DNA of 64,000 nucleotides from Vicugna vicugna (taxonomy: Eukaryota), in NCBI GenBank assembly GCA_013265495.1, contig MU061814.1, positions 2,023,680-2,087,679 of the forward strand, written 5' to 3'. The translations under genes and the position numbers were made by a program. Under the pieces are notes generated by a model. It ran no database searches. It worked only from the letters and a program-made list of their open reading frames with translations, and was not told where the DNA came from. Shown here in pieces: positions 37,031-48,600 of this stretch; the first letter of the stretch is position 1; each line of letters starts with the position of its first letter.

Positions 37031-40000
37031 GGGGGAAGCCCCCAGGAAGCAGGAAGGAGGAGCGGAAAAGACAGATACTATAGAACACTGTGTCTCATGA
37101 ACATTAAAAAGAATTTTTAAAAATTCAGGCTTAGGGCAGTTTCTAAACATCTTTGAAGGCTTTTCAAACCTTCTCCCCCTCCAGCTTCATACCAGCAAGT
37201 CAAACCCTTGGACAGAGTGTGGGCACTAGTGTTTGTCACTCCCTGTCCTCATCCCACCCTCGGCCCCCTCTGATCTGCCCAGTGGAGGCTGAGGAATCAT
37301 TTGGCCGATGGCTTTGAATGTGGCCCCTCAGGGGGAAGCCTGTATGAGAAAACGAGAATCTTGTTCAGATGGGTTTGCAGTTTTGTTCCTCTAGTGAATT
37401 CTTTTCTGATTTTCATCCTGATTCCTGCGCAACAAACTGAAGCCATCTTATTTCCCACCCACCCCTTCTCTGCCTTAGTTGAATTAACTTAATTAGGGCA
37501 CTTGCTTTTGACTGTGCTGGGAGATTTTTAGATACTGAACCCCCCCTGGGAGACCAGCAGAAAGTCTGACACTCTCCGCGCACAATTACGGAGCGAATCA
37601 CTCAGAACACACTCACACACTCTGCGTGTTGTATCTATTTCCATCCTGGGATCTAAACCTTCAATTCCATTTTCTTTAGTTCTGCCACTTATGCCAGGGA
37701 GTGAGCTAGATGCCGGGGGCAGGAGATGAGCCCGAGTTTACGGAGAGCAGCTGGACCCACAGGCATTGCCAGATAGTAACACACAGAAACATCTAATTGC
37801 AGGGTGCAAAGAATACTGCCTTCTCTCTGGAGTGCTTTGGAAGACGGCAAATGGGAGCACACCTTTCAGAGAAGAGTGAGCTCTGCTTTTTTAAATATTC
37901 TGCTTAAAATCAAATCCATTCCTCACCATAGCCAATGGTGGGCTCAAATGCCCTTTCTGTTCATGGACTGCCTTCTCCGGTCCCCAGGGCCCAGCGCAGG
38001 GTGCACTCCGGAAAGTCATCCTTTAGGGAGATCACTTGTCAAACTCCCACTAGAGCTACGATAACGGAATTCTCGATAATTAGGCCTATTTGCCAGCTTT
38101 TCCTTGGGTCACAGATGCGCTGCTTTCTACATCAGCTCGTCAAAAAGACAAACCGTTCAGTGTCAGGAAGGAAAGCAGAGATGAACAAAACAGAAAGGAA
38201 AAAAAATAGAAATCTCAAGATCAGATTCTCTCTTCCCTTCTGACTTGCCAGAAATGAATGATATCTTTCCCAGCAGTGACAGGCAACCTCTCCAAAAACT
38301 TCACCGAATTATGACTCCTTCCTGTATAAAAAAAAAAAAAAAAAAAAGGCAAGGGTATTTAGTTGTCCTTGGCTACAACCAAATTTCTCTAAACATTTCA
38401 TGGCATCTCAAGATACTGTGCTGACAAGTTCAAGTCATGAAAAACTGCATTGGGAGTTTTGAAAAACGCAGCAGTAGGGTTGTGCAAGTTTCCCTTCCAC
38501 TTGAGGCCTCTTCTAAAGACACGTTCGTTTTTAAGCATAAGTTGTGGTATTTGTCAGACGGAAGACTGAACTCAAACTGTGCTGGCCTCAGGGAGCCCTG
38601 CTGTCTCCTCCCACCCAGTGCCACCAAATTAGCAGTACCTGGTGGGGGACACATCCCAAGGGGAGGTCACAGGGTGATCCCAGAGGTCAAGTAGCAGCAA
38701 AGAGCACAGAAACACACACCGACAAAGCTGTTCCTTTGTAATCCTTCTGTCTTGGCCAAGGAGAGCCTCCGCGGGGGGCTAGCCAATTTTGAACACGTCC
38801 CGAACACCGCCACCACCCTTTTTAATAAACAGTGAGCAACATCGAACTGGAATTTAATGACATCGCCTTACGTTCATTTTATGACTGCCTTCTACATATG
38901 GCAACTACCACTGGGTTTTCATTGGTGGTAATGATTTGAAGTTTCCTTTTTGAGTAAATGTGTGTTTTCCAAAGGGTGTAAGTGTACAAGAGAAGATTAA
39001 GTAAATCATAGCACAGATATGGTCGGTAGGATGCAAATGACAGATTTGGGAAAGAGTACAATTAATAAAAATAAAATCCACCTTGGTTCTCATGCTTTCC
39101 CATCCCTGCAGCTCCAACAAAAACTAAAATTAATTCCTCTTGCAGTGAGATGCAGGCGGAAGAGCCTCCAAAAGGAAATTCACTAAATCATTAAAAGTGA
39201 TGTCCCCTGGGGGAGGGGCTTGGGGGCAGGGGAAAAATTCACTTTTCACCTTAAACACATCTGGATTATTTGGAAATGTTGTGTTGCATAGAAATGAACC
39301 CTTTTGGTCTGACTTCTCAGTGAGAAATATTTTTTCCAGATTGGTCAGATTGCATCGTGCCTTTGTGGTGTCTTTGACATGCAAAACTTGTTAGTTCCAG
39401 AGAACCAAAAACATCCATCTTTTCTTCATAGCTTCTTGGGTTCCAGTTTGGTTAGGAAGGTCTCCCCAGCCCCTAGATTGTACATGTCCTACTGTAAATT
39501 TCTTGCAACACTATTACTATTGAGTTATTACTCGTAAGTCATGAATGCATCTAGAATTTATTTCTGTACGTGGTGGACGATCGGTTCCCCTTTTCTTTTC
39601 TCCCATTTGCTAGTGGGTCCAACCTGCCCCTTCCAAACTGAACCATGCCATTGGCTCTCTCTGTAGACACTGGCTGCGTCCTACCGGCAGTTACTGCTTC
39701 CTGCAACGAAACTGACTCGTTTGCTGGGCCTTTCGAGCACATACTAATACCTGGAGGGGTTCATTCCCCATCACGATCCTTCTTTTTCACACTTCCCTAG
39801 CCATTTCGGGGGCATCCATTCCTCCATGTGAATTCTAAGAGTATAGTTTTATGATATATGTGACTCTACACAATATATGACACTGTATTTGTGACCTAGT
39901 GACTATGCATTATTGCAGTAATTTTCAAAATAAATTTTCTTTTATTATTAAAAAGGAGAAAGGGGTCTTTTAATGTCTCTTCCTAATATACAAAGAACTG

Positions 40001-40941
40001 AGATATGCCAGCATCTGCAACAGAAAGTGGCTGAGGGTTCATTTGGCACCGACCCCTGGTCCACAGGGAGGGTCCCCGAACCTCCTGGACCAGGAAAGGG
40101 AGGGGCATGGAAGGATGGAGCTCCAAACACAGACACTGTCCTGTGCCTGAATCCTAGCAGATAGCTATCATTACCCCATGTCACAGATAAGCATCTCAGA
40201 GAGCTTAATTCTTTCACCCACGTCCACACAGCTCGGGGTACTAGCTGAGCTGTTCACTCCACACCCATACCACGCTCCGTGCAGGAGCAAGACAATATAC
40301 TGCTGGCACCACCCTGGAGGAGAAGATTCATCTTTGACCACACATCTCCCTGCCACGCAGATGCATAGGAACAAGTGAACTCAGCGCTAGCGTGTATGTA
40401 CACACACACACGAATGAGCATGAATCATCTTCTTAGAAGCAGAGGAGATACAGCAACACTGATGCTGGAAGCCACACCTTCGAGCAGACGAAACCAAAAA
40501 ATGAGAATCACTCTTTCTAAGTATTTTTGCATCAAACCCCTTATCCGTTCAACCCTTTGCTATTGCTTAAAGGATGTTGAAACTTTCCAGTGCACAGTTC
40601 GGTAAAAATCTTCATTATTCCACCTTCGTGTGTCTCGGCCTAAAGTCCTCATGAGAGAGCGTGAATAGTACGAGACAAATAAAAAGCTCCGGGAGGCTTC
40701 TCCCTTCTTGACTTTTTAAAAGTTTGGAGTCCAAGTGACCTGACAAATCCAGACCCTAACAAGGGAATACGGCGCAGAATTCTGGGATCAAAATACAATT
40801 TCAAAAATAATGTATTTTCTGACATCCCCCCCAGAAAAAAAAATGACTGGTTTCTTCCCTGTAAAAGGCTTTAGATGGGATAACATCTGTGTGGAGAACA
40901 CTGTGAATTTGTTACACTGACAGGCAGTCTCCCAGGCGCTC

Positions 40942-41108
40942 NNNNNNNNNNNNNNNNNNNNNNNNNNNNNNNNNNNNNNNNNNNNNNNNNNNNNNNNNNN
41001 NNNNNNNNNNNNNNNNNNNNNNNNNNNNNNNNNNNNNNNNNNNNNNNNNNNNNNNNNNNNNNNNNNNNNNNNNNNNNNNNNNNNNNNNNNNNNNNNNNNN
41101 NNNNNNNN
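40942..41108. other. Assembly gap (167 N)
   Basis: N run in non-repeat-looking sequence. Confidence 1.
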
Positions 41109-41559
41109 AGAAGAAGAGGGTGAAATGTTCTCTCTCTCGGATTTGAAACACGCTCTCAATAAAATAGACCCAAAAGAAAAAAAACCTACTTTGAAATTAC
41201 ACTCAAGAGCTTGACTTTAACCCACAGGAACCAAAGAACTCAAGTTGGGTGTTCGTGCTTCTACCCTAGTGTACCTGGCAGAGCTGGGAGCAGCCAGCGG
41301 GGGCGTGGGCAGGGGGTGCACCTTCCCCGGCCAGCAGCGCTCACACCTGGGGGCATGAAACCCCAAAGGAGGGGGCAAGACAGAGGCGCAAAGACAGTCA
41401 TGGTTTCCTCTCACCTTGTGCTGATTTCTGCAAACACCTCCGCATTCGGTCAGAACACTCATCAGCCCGGCTGGGCCTTGGAGCTGTCGGCATGAGCGTG
41501 TGCTAAGAACAGCAGAGAGACGTTCTCTCATTGTCTCATTCCTCCACTTATACAAAGAA

Positions 41560-42130
41560 TCACTGAATGTTAACCAAGAGCCACCACCATCCTAGACTCT
41601 GAGAGTTCAGTGTTGAGTAAATGGAAACCATGGGGACACACAGTGAAAGGACACGATGCTGTGAAAGGGTGGCAAGGCCATCTGGCTGGTCTGGGAAGGC
41701 TTCCTGGAAGAAGTGAAAGCAGAGTTACGTTCTAAGGGAAGAGAAGAAAGGACAAGGGCGTTCCAGGCCAAGGGAACAGCACGTGCAAAGGCCCTGGGGG
41801 CAGGGATTGCCTGAAGTGTTTCCTAGGTGGAAACCAGGACAGCACGGCAGGAGCACAGACTGGGGAGTTGTTGACAGGGCGGAAGTGAGAGCCAAGGTGA
41901 AGGGGTCAGCCCGGGGGAGGGGCGTGTCCCCCGTGAGAAGCCTCAGCCTGACTCTCACTGTCCTTCGCACGAGCCGGGCCTTTCACGTGTGGTGTGAATT
42001 TGGCTCTTCTTTACAACAGCTGCCGAGGTGGGTGCGATCCTGATCCCCATTTCACAGGTGAGGAAAGAATCTCCACAACTCCTCAGAACTGGTACACAGG
42101 AGCAGAGGATGGGAACCCGGAGCCTCGTGC
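41560..42130 (-). mobile_element. L2 fragment followed by a MIR fragment
   Basis: ggaaggcttcctggaagaagtga..ccaggccaagggaacagcacgtgcaaaggccctgggg, and ccccatttcacaggtgaggaaa. Confidence 0.7.
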
Positions 42131-43449
42131 AGCAGCCCAGCCCTCACACCCTGTGGCATCGCCACTGGGAACCAGGGGGTCACCGGGGGCATCCTGCAGG
42201 GAGGGTGACCCTGTCCAGCCTGTGAGTGTCCAGCCCACTCTGGCTGGAGCGAAGGATGGGGACCGCCAGCCGGGCAGGGTCACAGAAGGGCAGGGACCAC
42301 ACAGCCTTGTCCTCTCTCCACATGAACAAGTGGACTCACTTTTGTTGAGTGAATTTCAGTATAGACCGAACTAATCTGAACAAAACATGCAGTCGTGAGC
42401 CCTTAAAGCTTCCAGAACTGACAATGGCGTGGATTTCTGGCACCTTTTGGCTTAAATAGCTGAGGTTCTAGGAGATGGCTACACTGTCAGCCACCTGAGA
42501 ACGTCTGAGCCCGCCTGCACCAGGAGGACATCCCCTCTCATCTCGCGCTCCAACGTCCCATGTGCCCAATATTTCACCAAATCTCTGGCAGAGATATTTC
42601 ATCCACTGTCCCCACTCCCCTGCCACTAAGACCTTGAAATTCACTGTCAGCCCCATGCATGACCTGGGAGGGAGCAGCAGAAGTGCCCTGTGCAAACACA
42701 GGGATGTGACCTGGCAGGAGAGCCAGGTGCAGGGCGGAGCACTGGGCTGCACCCTCCTGCTGGGCTGGCACTGGTCACGCCGCACCTGGCTTGGAGGGGA
42801 CCAGCCAAGGAGAGGCCAGGCCCCTTCACACTGAACTCTGGCTGTCTGTTCTCAACAGACCTGGGTTCAAGCCCTATATTTCACCGATTCCAAAAGCACA
42901 TTATTTCACAGTTTTAAGGCTCTGAAGCTGAGACACAACTTACACTTGATGGATGTCAGCCTTAAAGGGCAGAGTGAGGATGACATGCAGGTGGCTTCGG
43001 AGGTTTAATGTCTCCCTCTTTGGAGAGCTTCGGGGGAGCTGGCCCCGCAGGTCTGGGTTTGCTCTGCATAGAACAGGACAACCCAGCTGCGAGGACCCGG
43101 AGGCTGTCTGTTCCAGCAAGGCCACCAATAGCTGTCAGATGTCGCCTGGCCTCCATCCCTGTCCAGGGCTAGAGCATGGCAAGGACAGAATCCCTCTGCC
43201 CAAGTCTTTTCTGAGCCGCTCCCCATCCAACCAGGCCCAGCCCGGCCGAAGTTCATGTCCCCCGCAACAGCAAGAGCTTGGGGATTGCGTGGGCTCAGTT
43301 GCTTCTTGGCCAAGTCCCTCAGCAGCAAACTCGATTGTATGTGCATTTGTATACGAGCCCCCTTTCCACATCACAGCGTTTTTATGGTACATGAAATAAC
43401 AGGTCTACCAACTGAATGCACTTTAGATTTCATCACACTCAGTGGTCAG

Positions 43450-43600
43450 GAGACCTAGGCTGGTAGCCTCTCTGAGCCTCAGTTTCCTTATCTGCATAAT
43501 GGGATAATAACATCTATCTTACAGGATTAATGCAAAGACTCAAAAGAGTACTGTAAGTGCACAACACCGGCACAGAGGAAGTGCCTGACACTGACGGCCC
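43450..43600 (+). mobile_element. MIR SINE
   Basis: ctctctgagcctcagtttccttatctgcataatgggataataacatctatcttacagg. Confidence 0.8.
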
Positions 43601-44679
43601 CGATGAGGTCACTTAGCTCCTCTCTAACTGGGGCTCTTTTGATTAAAGTTTGCAGTCGGATCTAGAAAAGGTCAGTGTTCCTGCTCCCCGCCCCCCCAAC
43701 CAATCTTTCCCAGAAATTTTCCTCAAATCCCTGTTTCCTGGGGAAGCTTTCAAGAGAGTGAATGTGTAGCCATTTCACAAGTGAAATGAATTACGTAACA
43801 GAGCCCAGAGCAACTGGAGATGTTTTCTGCGCCAGGCCGCACAGGTTCCTGGGACAATTAAAATTTCAGGCAGACGTTTCTGGCAAGATCCTCAAAGCAG
43901 CCTGAACTCCCAGAGTCCTGTGTGATTTCCCCTCTGCAATAGGCGTGTGTTTCTTCCTCAACTCTTGTCTGCCACCCTCAGTCTCCACCCCTCTGCCGGC
44001 TTCTCCCTCTCGTTTCCAATTTCAGTATCTTCAGGGTAAGCCCCTTATAAAGCATATCTTGTGTGCATCACACGCACAGAGTCTTCGTAGGGATGTGGTC
44101 CCCTCGGCTCCAGGAAGATGCTACAACCCTCAGATAAGCTGAGGCAGGTTGGTGTCCTTCCCAAGGCTTTCCATGCACCAAACTCCCTCCCGAGCCCCGT
44201 GGGGTGGGTACCACTGTCTTGCCCACGTTACAGAGGTGACAGAGGCTCCAAGAGGCCAGGGGGCTGGGCTAAGAACTCATGGCCAGGGGTTGGCGGGGCT
44301 GGGATGTACGCCCAGGTCTGTGAGGCTGAAGGACCGATCTCTGGAGCTCCACCCACTCCTCCCTCACCACCTGGGAGACAGGGAGGGCGGGGTGACGGCG
44401 CTGAGAGAGGAGGTCAGCTGCGCTGGGCCAGGATGTTTCCAGTTCACTGAGTGAGTTGACAGTTCACACGCAAAGGCAGCTCCTCTTCCCAAGGACCCAC
44501 GTGCGTGGCGGCATTCTGCTCAGAGCCCCAGTGACGCTGGGTGTTTGGCTCCTGTGTCTTCCCCAGGTCCCTTCCAGGAAGCTCTCCCAGGCTTTATGAA
44601 CCTGGCTTCCACGCTCGCGGACCTGGCTCGTCTCCGTCCAAGCCCTCAGCTCCGTGTGCCAGAGTTGCTGAGAACTTGT

Positions 44680-44982
44680 GCTTTATGTCCTGGGGCTGTG
44701 AGAACAAATGACCACAAACTCAGGCAGCTTAAAACAACAGAAACTTATTCCCTCAGAGTTCTGGAGGCTGGAAGCCCAAAACCAAGGTGGCGGTGGGGCC
44801 CCGTCCCCTCCGCAGGCTCTGGAGGAGGATGCTCTCCGCTCTTCCAGCCTCTGTGGCTGCTGCTTCCTTGCCGCTCCTCACCTTAACCAACTCCATCTAC
44901 CGAGATCCTGTTTCCAAAGAAGGTCACATTCACAGGTTCCGGAGGCACGTGAATTCTGGGGGACACTCTTCAGCCCCGTACA
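44680..44982 (-). mobile_element. MLT1B MaLR LTR
   Basis: acaaatgaccacaaactcaggcagcttaaaacaacagaaacttatt..gttctggaggctggaagccca..ttccaaagaaggtcacattcacaggttcc. Confidence 0.85.
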
Positions 44983-45259
44983 ACCCCCGAGCAAGTTACT
45001 GCCTTTTGAGATCAGAGCTGGTGCTAGTTTACCCATGAGTGTCTGATAAATAAATGAATAAATGCATGTATTAGGCGTGGAAACGCTACTTCTTACTGCC
45101 AAGCGTCACGAGCTTCTGAAACCCGCCCAGCCTGGGGGCACCTCAACACACAGGAGCCCCCGCTCACCTGTGGGGTCTCCGTGCCCAGCTCAAGGGCTGC
45201 CAGATGGCAGCGGGGTCCCCATCCCCGGGAATGCTGTGAGTTTGGAACATAGGCTCAGG

Positions 45260-45420
45260 GCTTCTCAGCAGGGTCCAGGGAGCACTTCAGAAATGCTGAG
45301 GGGAGGCGCATTTGGGGGTTACCACAATGATGGGGCCGCTGGTGTGGTGAGAGGCTGACAACACATAGGACAGGGGGTCCCACAAAGACTCCCCACCCCA
45401 ACGACTTGGGAACTTCCCGC
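45260..45420. mobile_element. MER20-like hAT fragment
   Basis: cagggcttctcagc..catttgggggttaccacaatgatgggg..caggggtcccacaaagac. Confidence 0.5.
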
Positions 45421-46699
45421 TGAACATTCACAGAGGTTCATTCATGAAAATCTTGCTTATAATGCTCTGAGCCGGGAAGAGTCCTCCGTTTTACATATAA
45501 ACACAGAACCATTTCACACATATAAATACAATGTCCTTGCTCAGTTTTAGTTGACTTTAAATTCTCCAGGAATAAAACTGTATTTAAGGAAGATGAAGCG
45601 TTGTTTCACAAAAGCACGTCACCAACAGCCCCGTCACCAGTGGCACTTGAGGAGCTGGATACGCCCCACCGCGGGCATCCTCGACCGCGGGCATCCTCGA
45701 CCGCACACCCCGGGGCTGCGCCAGGCTGTGCCCGAGGTCCGGATGCCTGCCTGGCTCCGTGGCCGGGCTCCTGCCTGGGGCACTTGCGTTATTATTAGGG
45801 ACCAGAGTCCGGGTACGGTGGAACCCAGGGCTCCTTCGAGCCCGCACCTTTCACCAATTTTGAACCACAGCTGACAGAGGGGAGCCAGGAACACCGTCAT
45901 TTACATATAGGGACCAGCCTCAAGCACAGGGACCCCAAATGGGAGGACTCGGGGTCAGTGTTCAAGGGCAAGGAACATGTGGGTGGGAGAAGGCTCAGCA
46001 AAGGGCCAGAGGTGGGCTGGAGTCCCCCAGGCTGGGTGAGGATGGAGCCTCTAATTTTAACCCAGAGCCGCCCTAACACACCTGGAGACACCCCTGAGCC
46101 CAGGTTCCAGCAGTCCCCACCATGGACTCGTCAGGAAAATGTTTTCTGTATTGGACCCCCAGAAATTATTTTCCTATAAAACCCGTCCTGATTCTCGTCA
46201 GTATGATAAGCCAATTGTCCCTGGAGATAAAAAGCAAAATTGCATTGGTTCATCCTTTTTCCCCAAACAAGGAATGGCGGACACATCACAGGGTGACACG
46301 ATCTTAATTGAGAGATAACGTGGAAATGACAGCTGAGTTATAGGCAAAGGCCAGGTCGTCACAAATCTTTAAATCAGAAATACCTAAATAAGGCAGAACC
46401 AGACTTAGTTTAATTTGGTCCAAATGTTTTTGTCTTTGCTGCTCCCTCACCCCTTGGTCAGTGGGCCCAGGTCACGGCACTGAGCCCCAGCCCGGGGTCA
46501 CACCTCAGAGTGATGCTCAAAGTCACCTGTGACATCTACTTCCTCCCTCATGTCCACCAGACCTCCACGCCCTGTGCAGTGGACGTTCGCTGGGTTTGCC
46601 TGCCCGCACCTTGATCACCTCTCCAGGAACCAACGTGCCTCCCTGCCCCTCCAGGTGTTTCAGTGAACACATGGCTCCAGCCCGTCCATCAGCTCATTC

Positions 46700-47060
46700 G
46701 GTCTGCTGGCTATGGTGATCCTGCCAGAGATCGGAACATAACAGGGCAGTCCAGTCAGAGAGAATGATGAGACTGGTGTGGGATCAATGGGGAAAGGAGG
46801 AGTTTCCATCCAGCCTGAAGCCTGGAGCTGCCAGTGGCCACTGCCAAAAAGAACCTGCCCAGGACGAGCCAGCAGGGAGGTGCACAGAGCCCAGGAGTGG
46901 AGAAGACCAGGTCCTGATGGCATTATTCTAACTCCTGGATACAGCCTTACCTAAAGCGTCCCAACTCTTCAAACACAGGAGCTAAACAACTCTCCTTTTT
47001 TATTCAAGTGATTTGAGCTAAAAATCTAACATTTTCAACTAAGAGTCCTGGCTAATACCG
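46700..47060 (+). mobile_element. Old MLT1 LTR fragment
   Basis: 3' end ctcctggatacagccttacctaaagc..aagtgatttgagct..ttcaactaagagtcctggctaatac. Confidence 0.65.
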
Positions 47061-48449
47061 CCTCCTAATTTCTCCCATATCCCACCAACTCCTTCTCCCC
47101 ATCCCAAATGCCACTTCTTGGGGCCCAGGCCTCATCACCACTTGTCCAGGTGTCATTACCCACCTCCCAAAGGGTCCCCTGGCCTCCAGCCTGCTTCACC
47201 ATCCATTGTCCAGGCCACAGCATCCTAAACAAAACAGGGCATGGCACCCCCTCCTCAGAGCAAACACTAGGACCAAGTTCAAGCTGATTCCAGGGCATTC
47301 AGTGGTCTTACACTTATCAGCTGGGCTTTGGGGGTCTCCACAAGTGGGCTTCCCTTTCCTCCAAGCTCCCTCTCATCCAGGGGGACCAGCAGCTTCCCCG
47401 GTGAGTCTGGAAGATTCCCTGTATCTTGGAGCCTAGGGTCTCACTTCCACAATGTACAGCATCGGAGGACCACAAAAATTTCATAAACTCCATCCTGGCT
47501 GTTTCCCCCCCTCCCCTAATCACAGAAAAAGCAATAAAGGACCGTGAGACCGACAGCAGACAGCGGCCCCTCAGCTGTGTGCTGGGTGGCCTCCCCAGAT
47601 TCCCACTCAAATGCCCCCTTTTAAAACCTCTTCGATGACGAGATAGACGGGCAGGAGCTGGGAGCCGCTGCAGCTGCTGCTCTTACCAACCAGCTTTTAA
47701 AAACCTGGCAGGCACGCAGCCCCTCAGTGATCACAGCGGTAGCAAGTCTCTGAAATAATAGGTATTCCCAACATAGCCTTCCGGATTTCATAGAGCCCCC
47801 AAGCTTTCATTTAAAATCCATTTTATACGAAGTTATCCGAACATGAACAATGGGGGCCTCCTTGAGATGTCTCCCCAGACGCCAGCACGACGGAGGCAGA
47901 GAGAGATCAGTGCACAAAACCAACCTGCCTTTTAGATCAAACCTGCAGAGTCCCGGCGGGCCCTGCCTTCACGTCCGGGATGGGAGAGGCCGCTCCTTGA
48001 CACAGAGATGGGGGACCGCGTTTCTTAGCCGCTCGTGTTGCCGTTTCACGTCCTGGGTGAGGTTTCTAGCAGCAGTGTAGCTGGAACAGCCCTCACTCAA
48101 CCAAACGAGTACCTGCGGAGGGCCTACTGTGCGCTGGGCCCTGGCAGGCGGCTGGGCCTGGAGGGAGAAATGAGACCTAGACCCTAAGCAGGCGCGTAGT
48201 AGCTCCGTAGCGAATGCCCAGCGGCTGCTCATCTAAAGGGCCTGTCACTCAAGCCTGGGTTGTGGGGCGGGGCGTAGGGGGTGGGGGGCGGACACAGAAG
48301 CGTGCAATGCTATTGGCTTCCTTTATTGGCATTGCGTGTTCAGACGGTAACATGGGAAAGGTCATCTTGATTGTTACCCTCTTAGAGGCCTAAACAAGGC
48401 ATTCCAGGTGATCTTTCTCCTTGCAATTTGCCATGTTGATGATTAAGTG

Positions 48450-48600
48450 CACCTGGAGCTTGGCTTTCTATCGTTAACAGCTGTGTGACCATGGCCAAGG
48501 CGCTTAACTTCTCTGATTCTGTAAAATAAGAATGTCATCATTCCTCCAACTGTTGTGAAGTTGAAATGCTGTGGTGCTGGGGAAATGAGTGTTTAATCCA
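48450..48600 (+). mobile_element. MIR SINE
   Basis: gctgtgtgaccatggccaaggcgcttaacttctctga..ctgtaaaataagaat..ttgtgaagttgaaatg. Confidence 0.75.
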
